Of a stretch of 64,000 bases of DNA, positions 8,573 through 16,754 are shown in pieces (the stretch's first letter is position 1; every line of letters begins with the position of its first letter). Under the pieces are notes generated by a model that was not told the origin of the DNA, made no database searches, and saw nothing but the letters and a program-made list of their open reading frames with translations. Source of the DNA: Candidatus Latescibacterota bacterium (GTDB taxonomy: Bacteria; Latescibacterota; UBA2968; UBA8231); assembly GCA_965223905.1 (NCBI GenBank), contig CBDCXV010000001.1, positions 160,001-224,000 on the forward strand. Reading direction: 5' to 3'. The position numbers and the translations under genes were made by a program.

Positions 8573-10948
8573 TCAGGGCGTCGCCTTCGGCTTGCGCAGT
8601 TTGACGAGGGCGAGAATTTGCGCATGCGAAAGTTCCCGATCGCTGGCGATCAGCTGGACCGGCTTCCACACCCCTCCCATGCCATCCGTGTTCTTGACTC
8701 GCACAGCCAGCGCGTCACCTCCGCGAAGTTGCCCGGTCAGCGGCACGGTGAAGGGGACCCTCCAGATCTCCCACGAGATCAGGCCGGTCGTCTCCAGGCT
8801 GTGGTCGAAGATCAACCGCCCGTTCAGGTACACCCAGCAGTCCTCGTCCACCCCGCCGAAGAACAGGTACCGGTGCTTCTTCGCCAGATCCTCGACCGCC
8901 AGGGGCAGCGCGGTGCGGTACCAGCCGTATCCGGCGTTGTCCCTGGTGCCGTATCGCGCTGAATCCCACCCCTTGTCCACGTCGGTGCGGATCTCCTCCC
9001 ACTCGCTGATGTCGACGCTCTCTCCAAACCATCGCCCCTCGATACCCTCGTCGTCCTGGTCGGGCTTGAACCTCCAAGGCTCGGGGATGGTCGTGAGTCG
9101 CAGCTGGTCGAGGTCGATGTCGGCGAACATCTCCTCCGGCGACAACCTGCGATAACCCAGGCCTTGAAGGGCGATGATGCGCCGGGCCATCTCGCTACGG
9201 ATGGCGTCGAGGTCGCCCTCGGCGGCGTCGACCTGCCGGAGCCAGTTCCAGGTATCCTCCACGAGCGGCTCGTCAGGGAACCGTCCGGCAGACTCTCCGA
9301 GTCGGGCCAAAAGGGTCGTTAGGTAGCGCACGTCGTAGACACCTTCGCGAAAGCCCTCCCAGGTCAGCCCGTCGAGCACTCCATCTTCGGTGCGGTAGAC
9401 CATGCCGTAGATCATGGGCTGGTCGGCTCTGTCTTTTGACTCGATGTGTGCGTAGGCCCAGTTCATGGCGCCGTCGAAGCCGACGCGCCACATGCCGAGA
9501 CCGTTGTTGCGGCGGTGCAGACCGGGAACGGGAAAGCCGGCCTGCGGATTCATGTAGGTGAAAATCTTGCGGCCCTGGCGGTGCATCCCGTCGATCGCCT
9601 CGCGGTACCTGGGATCGTTCGCCTGTCGCGTGAAGGTGCCGGCCTCGCCGAGCTCGTGCATCTTTCGCAGGCCCTCCTGCGCCGACCATGCCTTGCGCTG
9701 ATGATCGAGGTGATACAGGACGCTGGACAGGAGCACGGGGCGCGTCAGCACATCGCCGACGCGTTCGAAAAACGTCGTGAACATCACGGCGACGAAGGTG
9801 GAGCCGCCCGCCTCTTCGATGGCGATCATGCTGTCGCGCTCGAGCGAGAGGTGGTCGCCCCACGACTCGTCCGGCATCGCCATGAACACGTCGTCATATC
9901 CTCGGCCCCGGGCCCAGGCATTGATGGCGGCTACACGGGTTTTCACCTGGCGATGTTCCTCCTCGGTCAGGGGGCGCAACGGCCTGGGCACGTGAGGGCT
10001 GATCATGTAGAGCACCCGCGGCCTCAGCCCGGCCTGCTCGCGCAGGTCGAGGATGCGATCGAGCTTTTTGAACTCGAAGCCGCCATCCGGCATGATCTCG
10101 GGACCGTCGTAGATGTTCGGGTTCGTCAGGCCGTGGTCGCGCATGTTGCGAAACTCGGCGAGCATCTGCTCGGCGCTCAGATCGCCGAACTTGTACCTGC
10201 TGGTATCGGGTGTTCCGGCTTCGAGGTAAGCCGGGTAGTAGATCGAATACTCGATCATCGGCGGCAGCAGATCGAAGGGATGGATTTCGATGGCGACGTC
10301 GAACTCCGTCGTTTCGCTGTTGCCCGGTGCGATATGAACTGTGGTCTGGTAGGTGCCCGCCCTGGCTTTCTCCGGAATCTGGATCGTCACCCAGAATTGT
10401 CTGCGCATGGCGATATCGACCGGCTGCAGCGAATCGGCATCCCGCAGCGGGCCTCTGGCGACGTTCGCCAGGCGATCGGGACGGCGCTCCGTAGGAGCCG
10501 GCTCGATCGCCAGGAAGCTGTCGTCGTGGACGAGGAGCGAAGGCATCACCGCCCAGCGGCTGGCCACCGTGTTGCGGTAGTAATCCTTGACGACGCGCAC
10601 GTCGACCGCAGTGGCCGGCCAGGTGCGTCCCTCACCGCGGACCGGGTCGACCTCGACGCCGACCTTCTCGAGCGGCTTCGAGGCACTGACAACGAAGGCG
10701 AGCGGCAGAAACTGACCGCGGCAACCGTGCAGCTCAATGTCCTCTACGGGCCGGCACACCGGCGGCAGCGGGCCGTCGGGAAGGATGGCGTGGTCGGTGA
10801 TGGGCGGGTCGACCAGGTGGACCTGGTAATCCGCGGCGACTGCGGGCAGCGCAATCAGGGTGAAAAGCAGTTGAGGTATCCCATACTTGGGTCGCCTGAA
10901 CCGAATTCTCCCCGCAGCGAGGGTCCTGAAGATGTTTCCACGTTCCAT
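8573..10948 (-). CDS. Putative secreted glycoside-hydrolase-like protein (GH123/DUF4091-like core) with C-terminal GH2_N-type sugar-binding domain
   Basis: Signal-like LLFTLIALPAVAA. WEGFREGVYDVRYL motif. C-terminal WRFKPD...GYGWYR...FGGVDEDCWVYLNG...GGVWKPV. Start uncertain. Confidence 0.6.
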   Translation of the reverse strand: MERGNIFRTLAAGRIRFRRPKYGIPQLLFTLIALPAVAADYQVHLVDPPITDHAILPDGPLPPVCRPVEDIELHGCRGQFLPLAFVVSASKPLEKVGVEVDPVRGEGRTWPATAVDVRVVKDYYRNTVASRWAVMPSLLVHDDSFLAIEPAPTERRPDRLANVARGPLRDADSLQPVDIAMRRQFWVTIQIPEKARAGTYQTTVHIAPGNSETTEFDVAIEIHPFDLLPPMIEYSIYYPAYLEAGTPDTSRYKFGDLSAEQMLAEFRNMRDHGLTNPNIYDGPEIMPDGGFEFKKLDRILDLREQAGLRPRVLYMISPHVPRPLRPLTEEEHRQVKTRVAAINAWARGRGYDDVFMAMPDESWGDHLSLERDSMIAIEEAGGSTFVAVMFTTFFERVGDVLTRPVLLSSVLYHLDHQRKAWSAQEGLRKMHELGEAGTFTRQANDPRYREAIDGMHRQGRKIFTYMNPQAGFPVPGLHRRNNGLGMWRVGFDGAMNWAYAHIESKDRADQPMIYGMVYRTEDGVLDGLTWEGFREGVYDVRYLTTLLARLGESAGRFPDEPLVEDTWNWLRQVDAAEGDLDAIRSEMARRIIALQGLGYRRLSPEEMFADIDLDQLRLTTIPEPWRFKPDQDDEGIEGRWFGESVDISEWEEIRTDVDKGWDSARYGTRDNAGYGWYRTALPLAVEDLAKKHRYLFFGGVDEDCWVYLNGRLIFDHSLETTGLISWEIWRVPFTVPLTGQLRGGDALAVRVKNTDGMGGVWKPVQLIASDRELSHAQILALVKLRKPKATP

Positions 10949-11126
10949 CGTCCTGCTCCGAATCTCGAACGGATCAGGATTCAGCAAAGGTGCTCTCGGG
11001 ATGATACAACGCCGTCCACGTTGCCACCTGTATCCGCGTAGTGATCGACGACCTCGACCGGGGATCGCCCCTTGATAATGCGGTGTTTTCGGTGCAATGT
11101 AGTCAATAGACCTGCGGACGAAAGCG

Positions 11127-11588
11127 ATGGTATCCTACCTGAAGCACCCGATGGTGCTGGCGTTAACCGGGCTCATAGCCGTGCTGGTACCCGGGCTGGC
11201 TCTGCTCACCCAGGCTTACGACGAGGCGCGCGATCGGTATTTCGACAGTTCCCTGCCGGCAGTACCCACAGATACAGAGATAGCGGCTATAGCTCGGCGA
11301 TTGTCTCCTGAGGAGACGGTGCTGCGCCTTACTGGCAACGTGCATGCTCCGGATTCCCCGCTTCGGTCAGGACTCGTTCGGGTCGATGCGGCCACGGATG
11401 ACAGGGGCGGGGAGTACTACGTCGCCCCTCGACCCTTGGGCTACAAAGTCCTCGAAGGTGCGTCCGCAGATGAGCCCGACGCACTTGATTGGGCCGCGCT
11501 TTCTCACGGCCTTCGGTTGACCCAGGAGGAATCGGTCTGCCACACCCCGGTCCTCCTCAGTGAAGTGATTACCGAACCAAAGATATAA
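11127..11588 (+). CDS. Hypothetical membrane-anchored or secreted protein heading the paralogue array
   Basis: N-terminal hydrophobic segment. Its stop codon abuts the RBS (AAGGAGG) of the next gene. Confidence 0.55.
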   Translation: MVSYLKHPMVLALTGLIAVLVPGLALLTQAYDEARDRYFDSSLPAVPTDTEIAAIARRLSPEETVLRLTGNVHAPDSPLRSGLVRVDAATDDRGGEYYVAPRPLGYKVLEGASADEPDALDWAALSHGLRLTQEESVCHTPVLLSEVITEPKI

Positions 11589-11600
11589 GGAGGGGGTGAC

Positions 11601-12521
11601 ATGGGAGTACACGGGTTGCTCACAGCAACAGCAGGGTTTTTTCTGGTTGGTGTCAGCGTGACGCTGGGACACATTGGCGACCGGGTGGTTCCGTTTTACG
11701 AAATCACCGAGGAGCTGCGGGAGACGATCGATCTGAATGACGGCTCAGTCGAGGATTGGATAGAGGTGGGGCCGCCCACTTTGACGCTGCTGGACTTCTT
11801 TGTTAGGAGTTCTATGCCCCCCAACACACAGCGCGATCCCGGCGATCTGGATATCCAGATCTGGCTGGGCTGGATGAAGTCTCCCCCCCGGATCTACGTG
11901 GCCGCTGTCCGAGCCGACAACGACTACGTGAACGAGTATCCGGATATTGAGGGGGATATGCTGATCTACGACTCGATCTCCCTGGGAGTCGACGGCGATC
12001 ACAGCGGAGGACAGCTGTTCGGCGAAGGTGGTAGCGAGACAGAGGAAGCTCGATTGATGCTCAACAAGCAAGTGCAACTTTACTCCGCCCTGCCCGAGGT
12101 GCCGGAGGGAAGCAATGTACAGTTGATTTTATCGTCGATGTGGAAGTGGCTCGTATGGCCGAATGAGCCGCCGTTCAGTCTTGGCGGCGGGGCGGTCGCA
12201 GGAGAGAATCCGTTCGTGTCGATTACCGAATTCTACGTGACGCCGTTCGATCTCTTCGTGTATAACAGCCCGGAGGAGAGCGTGGAATCGGAGTTGTACG
12301 CGGGCAAGACGATCGGCTTCAGACTCTTTGTGTTTGATAGGGCACCCGGCGTTTACTGGGTGATATATGAGCTGCAATCCGATTCTCCTTGGGAGCTTGA
12401 TGGGGAGTTCAACGACGGCATATTGCTTGGGGCGGACGATCTGAGCGGGCAAGACGCCGGTGACGGGTCTGTGGTGAAGCCCGACTCATGGGCCCGAATC
12501 AAGGCGTCGTTCGCGGAGTGA
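11601..12521 (+). CDS. Secreted CBM9/DOMON-like acidic protein with SWARIKA tail, copy A
   Basis: RBS, signal peptide, IDLNDGSVEDW, WLGW...IYVA, VDGDHSGG, EFYVTPFD, GKTIGF motifs. Fold is inferred. Confidence 0.8.
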   Translation: MGVHGLLTATAGFFLVGVSVTLGHIGDRVVPFYEITEELRETIDLNDGSVEDWIEVGPPTLTLLDFFVRSSMPPNTQRDPGDLDIQIWLGWMKSPPRIYVAAVRADNDYVNEYPDIEGDMLIYDSISLGVDGDHSGGQLFGEGGSETEEARLMLNKQVQLYSALPEVPEGSNVQLILSSMWKWLVWPNEPPFSLGGGAVAGENPFVSITEFYVTPFDLFVYNSPEESVESELYAGKTIGFRLFVFDRAPGVYWVIYELQSDSPWELDGEFNDGILLGADDLSGQDAGDGSVVKPDSWARIKASFAE

Positions 12522-12774
12522 AGCCGGACGGGCGGCACATCTGCTTCCACGGCAACTCCTCTCCGTAATACAGCAAGACCTTCGCATCACTCACCCTTAT
12601 TTTTCCACTCGCACTCATCGAGAAACTCGCCACTCGTCAATGACGAGCCCTTCCCGCCCGCGCAGCATTCGCTCGGGAGTCCGGGGAAGCGCCTCGCGGA
12701 TTTCAGACCCTTAACGCGATGGATGAAGCGCACATGGGGCGACTGAGCCTGAGATAAAGGGAGGAGGCGATGAC

Positions 12775-13680
12775 ATGGGAACACACGGACTGCTAGCGGC
12801 AACAGCAGGGTTTTATCTGTTCGGTGTCAGCGTGACGCTGGGACACACAGGCGACCGGGTGTATCCGTTTTACGAAATCACCGAGGAGCTGCGGGAGACG
12901 ATCGATCTGAATGACGGCTCAATCGAGGATTGGATAGAGGTGGGGCCGCCCAGTTTGACGCTGCTGGATTTCTTTGTTACGGGGCCCAGTTCCACCAACA
13001 TACAGCGCGATCCCGGCGATCTGGATATCCAGATCTGGCTGGGCTGGATGAAGTCTCCCCCCCGGATCTACGTGGCCGCTGTCCGAGCCGACAACGACTA
13101 TGTGAACGAGTATCCGGATATTGATGGGGATATGATGATCCACGACTCGATCTCTCTGGGAGTCGACGGCGATCACAGCGGAGGATCGCTGTTCGACTTC
13201 GACGAATTGATGCACAGCAAGCAAGCGCAACTTTACTCCGCCCTACCCGAGGTGCCGGAGGGAAGCAATGTCCAGTTGGGTTTATCGGCGAGTTGGAAGT
13301 GGCTCGTATGGCCGTCAGAGCCGCCGTTCAGTCTTGGCGGCGGGGCGGTCGCAGGAGAGAATCCGTTCGTGTCGATAACCGAATTCTACGTGACGCCGTT
13401 CGATCTTTTCGTGTCTACGAGCCCGGAGGAGAGCGTGGAATCGGAGTTGTACGCGGGCAAGACGATCGGCTTCAGACTCTTTGTGTTTGATAGGGATTCG
13501 GCACCCGGCTTGTACTGGGCGATGTATGATCTGCAATCCGATCCTCTCTGGGAGCTTGATCGGGAGTTCAACGACGGCATATTGCTTGGGGCGGACGATC
13601 TGAGCGGTCAAGACGCCGGTGACGGCTCGGTGGTGGAGGCCGATTCGTGGGCGCGGATCAAAGCGTCGTTGGCGGAGTGA
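12775..13680 (+). CDS. Secreted CBM9/DOMON-like protein with SWARIKA tail, copy B (close paralogue of A)
   Basis: RBS GGAGG and long stretches of DNA identical to copy A. Confidence 0.8.
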   Translation: MGTHGLLAATAGFYLFGVSVTLGHTGDRVYPFYEITEELRETIDLNDGSIEDWIEVGPPSLTLLDFFVTGPSSTNIQRDPGDLDIQIWLGWMKSPPRIYVAAVRADNDYVNEYPDIDGDMMIHDSISLGVDGDHSGGSLFDFDELMHSKQAQLYSALPEVPEGSNVQLGLSASWKWLVWPSEPPFSLGGGAVAGENPFVSITEFYVTPFDLFVSTSPEESVESELYAGKTIGFRLFVFDRDSAPGLYWAMYDLQSDPLWELDREFNDGILLGADDLSGQDAGDGSVVEADSWARIKASLAE

Positions 13681-13709
13681 AACCGAACAAGCTCGGAAGG
13701 GGGAAGGTG

Positions 13710-14570
13710 ATGTCCGTGCTGATGAGATATGTAGGGTTGATGGCCCTCGTGAATCTCGGCGTCCCGCTCGCCGCAGATGCCCATACCGGGGATCGCGTCT
13801 ATCCCATTGTCGAGTTGACGGACGAAATGCTCGCGCAGATCGATCTCAAGGACGTATCGGTGCAGGACTGGATAGACCTCCTGGGTGAGCCGGTGTTGAC
13901 GGCCCTCGATTTTGAAACGCGCGATGGAGACAGCTACAATCCCGGCGACATGGACTTTCGGATATGGTTGGCATGGCATGACGAGTCCGACAAGCTGTTT
14001 GTTGCCGGTCAATTTGCCGACGACGCTACCCAGGTAAAGAACAGCATCTATGATAATGTTCTCCGGGTAGACACTGTTTTGCTGTTTGTTGACGGCGATC
14101 ACAGCGGACCGCCGTATACTGGACCAGAAGGTATCACTCAAGGCTCGAGTTACATAGCGACACCATTCGTAGCGGAGGGGCCGGTTGTTGGCTGGCTTGG
14201 TCCACCCCATTGGGTGTCGAGCCCACCCTACAGTGATGGAGGGGGAGGAGTGTTCAATGAGAGTCCGATCCTCTGGGTCATCGAATTTCTGGTCACCCCG
14301 TTCGATGTTTTTGGCTGGGATGATGATTCTCCGGACGGGAGCATAGCCTCCACCCTGGAGGCCGGCGAAGTGATCGGATTAGGCATCGAAGTCTTGGATT
14401 TGGACGCTTTAGGGGTGAAGGAAGGCACGCGCTTCGCCCTGTCCGGTGTCCATTGGTGGCAGGACGATTTGCTTGACGGTCTCCTGCTTGGGGCGGGTGA
14501 AATCCTCGACGACGGCTCGGTGGTAGAGGCCGATTCGTGGGCGCGGATCAAGGCGACGTTCGAGGAGTGA
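13710..14570 (+). CDS. Secreted CBM9/DOMON-like protein with SWARIKA tail, copy C
   Basis: ATG 13710, signal peptide ending ADA, same motif order as A/B (GDRVYP, DW, WLAW, VDGDHS, EFLVTPFD, GEVIG). Confidence 0.8.
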   Translation: MSVLMRYVGLMALVNLGVPLAADAHTGDRVYPIVELTDEMLAQIDLKDVSVQDWIDLLGEPVLTALDFETRDGDSYNPGDMDFRIWLAWHDESDKLFVAGQFADDATQVKNSIYDNVLRVDTVLLFVDGDHSGPPYTGPEGITQGSSYIATPFVAEGPVVGWLGPPHWVSSPPYSDGGGGVFNESPILWVIEFLVTPFDVFGWDDDSPDGSIASTLEAGEVIGLGIEVLDLDALGVKEGTRFALSGVHWWQDDLLDGLLLGAGEILDDGSVVEADSWARIKATFEE

Positions 14571-14598
14571 GACTAACAGACCCGCAAGGAGGTAGGTG

Positions 14599-15465
14599 AT
14601 GTCCGTGCTGATGAGATATGTAGTGTCGATGGCCCTCGTGAATCTCGGCGTTCCGCTCGCAGCAGATGCCCATACCGGGGATCGCGTCTATCCCATTGTC
14701 GAGTTGACGGACGAGATGCTCGCGCAGATCGATCTCAAGGACGTATCGGTGCAGGACTGGATAGATGTCCTGGGTGAACCGGTGTTGACGGCCCTGAATT
14801 TTGAAACGGATATAGGCAGTTACGATCCCGGGGACATGGACTTTCGAATATGGTTGGCATGGCATGACGAGTCCGACAAGCTGTTTGTTGCCGGCCAATT
14901 TGCCGACGACGCTACCCAGGTAGAGGGCAGCATCTATGAGAATGCTCGCTGGGAGATAGACAGGGTTTCGCTGTTCGTTGACGGCGATCACAGCGAACCG
15001 CCGTATGCTGGGCCAGAAGGTTTCCATCAAGGCACGTGGTACATAGCGACACCATTCCTGGCGGAGGATCCGGATGTACTCTTCCCTGCTGATGAACCCC
15101 ATTGGGCGTCGAGTCCACCCTACAGCGATGGAGGAGGAGGAGTGTTCAATGAGAGTCCGATCCTCTGGGTCATCGAATTTCTGGTCACCCCGTTCGATGT
15201 TTTTGGCTGGGATGAGGATTCTCCGGACGGAAGCATAGCCTCCACCCTGGAGGCCGGCGAAGTGATCGGACTGGCCATCGAAGTCCATGATAACGACGAT
15301 TTTAGGGTGAAGGAGCGCACGCGCTTCGCCCTGTCCGGTGTCCTTTGGTGGCAGGACGATTTGCTGCTTGACGGTCTCCTGCTTGGGGCAGGTGAAATCC
15401 TCGACGACGGCTCGGTGGTGGAGGCCGATTCGTGGGCGCGGATCAAGGCGACGTTCGAGGAGTGA
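14599..15465 (+). CDS. Secreted CBM9/DOMON-like protein with SWARIKA tail, copy D (close paralogue of C)
   Basis: RBS AAGGAGGT and framework DNA nearly identical to copy C. Confidence 0.8.
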   Translation: MSVLMRYVVSMALVNLGVPLAADAHTGDRVYPIVELTDEMLAQIDLKDVSVQDWIDVLGEPVLTALNFETDIGSYDPGDMDFRIWLAWHDESDKLFVAGQFADDATQVEGSIYENARWEIDRVSLFVDGDHSEPPYAGPEGFHQGTWYIATPFLAEDPDVLFPADEPHWASSPPYSDGGGGVFNESPILWVIEFLVTPFDVFGWDEDSPDGSIASTLEAGEVIGLAIEVHDNDDFRVKERTRFALSGVLWWQDDLLLDGLLLGAGEILDDGSVVEADSWARIKATFEE

Positions 15466-15495
15466 AAGCTGAACTAACCGGCGTGGTTGATTTAA

Positions 15496-15585
15496 CATCT
15501 GATTGAATTCTTCCGTGCCACCTGGGATAGGTTCCTCAAGGGCAAGAAGCTCGAGAACATCATCGACAAGAAACTCGGTTATTGA
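15496..15585 (+). pseudogene. 3' remnant of a D-2-hydroxyacid dehydrogenase-like gene
   Basis: Reads HLIEFFRATWDRFLKGKKLENIIDKKLGY* with no start and an in-frame stop just upstream. Resembles the family's typical C-terminus (F..N..R.L.G..L.N.VDK..GY). Confidence 0.55.
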
Positions 15586-15688
15586 TTTGCCGATTCCCTC
15601 CGTCCTGCTCCCACCCACCGGTTGGCTTCGGGCCTGGATCTTCGACAGTGGACTCTGCCGGTCATTGTCGCGGGCCCCCGTCCTTTCT

Positions 15689-16492
15689 TCAGTATCCCAA
15701 TCGCTTCAGATACTCGCGAGTCCCCCTGCTCCGCTGCGCCTCTGTAACCGGTTCGTCCCCGGGCGGGGGCTGGCCGGGACAGCAGGTGACGCAGCGATCG
15801 AAGCCCTGGTCTGCCAGCAACTTCAGTATTCCCGGGAAATCCATGTTGTCGCCTTGCCCCACATCGCACCAGACCGGCAGGTAGTATCCGTCCTGTCGCC
15901 GCGACGTGGAGGTGTAGTCCTGTAGGTGGACATAGTTGAGCTGATCCCAAAAATTGACGATGGACTCCAGCGGATCGTACCCCCACAGCTGGGAATGGGA
16001 AACGTCGATACAGAGCTTCGCCTTGCGCAGGCAGCTCATGTAGAGGCGCCAGTGTTCGATTGAGTCCACCAGCGTGTTGGTGTGGATGTGATAGCTCACC
16101 TCCAGATCCAACCGCGCGGCGTATTCCGCCCAGGACTCGGCACTCTCAGCGGCGGCCCTGATGTCGTCATCACCTGCCGCACGACCCTCCGGCTTGGGGC
16201 CGCTCATGAACATGAAACAGTCGGCCTCGACCTCAGCGGCGAATTCCATGCGCCGCCGGTTCCTCTCCACGTGCTCCCACTCCGTGTTGTCCGGCGAGCC
16301 ACGGGCAGCGAGCACGTACATCGGCATTCCGGTGTCGGCGCAGATTCGGCGCAGCCTCGCAGGCGAGCCAAGCCAGTCGAGAGGAAGGCGACACTCCCAG
16401 CCATCCCACCCGGCCCTCTTGAGCTCTTCCAAGGCAACCTCAAGGTCTGGTGTTTGCCAGAACAGAGTACTGTAGCACATCGTGAATGCCAT
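15689..16492 (-). CDS. Sugar phosphate isomerase/epimerase (IolE-like TIM barrel)
   Basis: GWDGWE, YHIH, CIDVSH, YVHLQD and VGQGDNMDF motifs. RBS GAGGAGG. Confidence 0.8.
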   Translation of the reverse strand: MAFTMCYSTLFWQTPDLEVALEELKRAGWDGWECRLPLDWLGSPARLRRICADTGMPMYVLAARGSPDNTEWEHVERNRRRMEFAAEVEADCFMFMSGPKPEGRAAGDDDIRAAAESAESWAEYAARLDLEVSYHIHTNTLVDSIEHWRLYMSCLRKAKLCIDVSHSQLWGYDPLESIVNFWDQLNYVHLQDYTSTSRRQDGYYLPVWCDVGQGDNMDFPGILKLLADQGFDRCVTCCPGQPPPGDEPVTEAQRSRGTREYLKRLGY

Positions 16493-16754
16493 ACACGACC
16501 TCCTCTCTTCAGAGATCACTTCGATCCGATCGGAAGAAAGCTCTTCTGAACCGTGGAGTCCGCATGAACAGTATTATCGCCTGTCTGGTCAAGATTTTCA
16601 GCTTGCTTTGTGAGGCGTTGCGGTGGTCGATGTGCTGGCCGGCCCGGAAGAGGATCGAGCCGCAGCGGCGGCGCGCTGAAATTTCCGGCTGTGAGGAAGA
16701 GCTGAACAAGACCCCTACTGCGCCAGCCTCCACTTCAATTAGGGCTGCATTTTC

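Larger units (their letters stand above)
11601..15465 (+). repeat. Tandem gene-sized repeats: A~B (about 0.9 kb) and C~D (about 0.87 kb)
   Basis: For example, about 95 nt starting CAGCGCGATCCCGGCGATCTGG is identical at ~11829 and ~13003. The 60-nt 3' tails are related in all four copies. Confidence 0.95.

Noticed and set aside
11883-11889. C7 tract in copies A and B as a phase-variation switch
   Set aside because: Short, in frame in both copies, and unremarkable in GC-rich DNA.
11601-15465. Diversity-generating retroelement (TR/VR) explanation for the array
   Set aside because: No reverse transcriptase in the window. Differences include indels and non-adenine changes spread across whole genes, and every copy is a complete gene with an RBS.
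11601-15490. Integron cassette array or CRISPR
   Set aside because: No integrase or cas genes, no attC-like palindromes in the 28-29 nt spacers, and the repeats are coding sequence.
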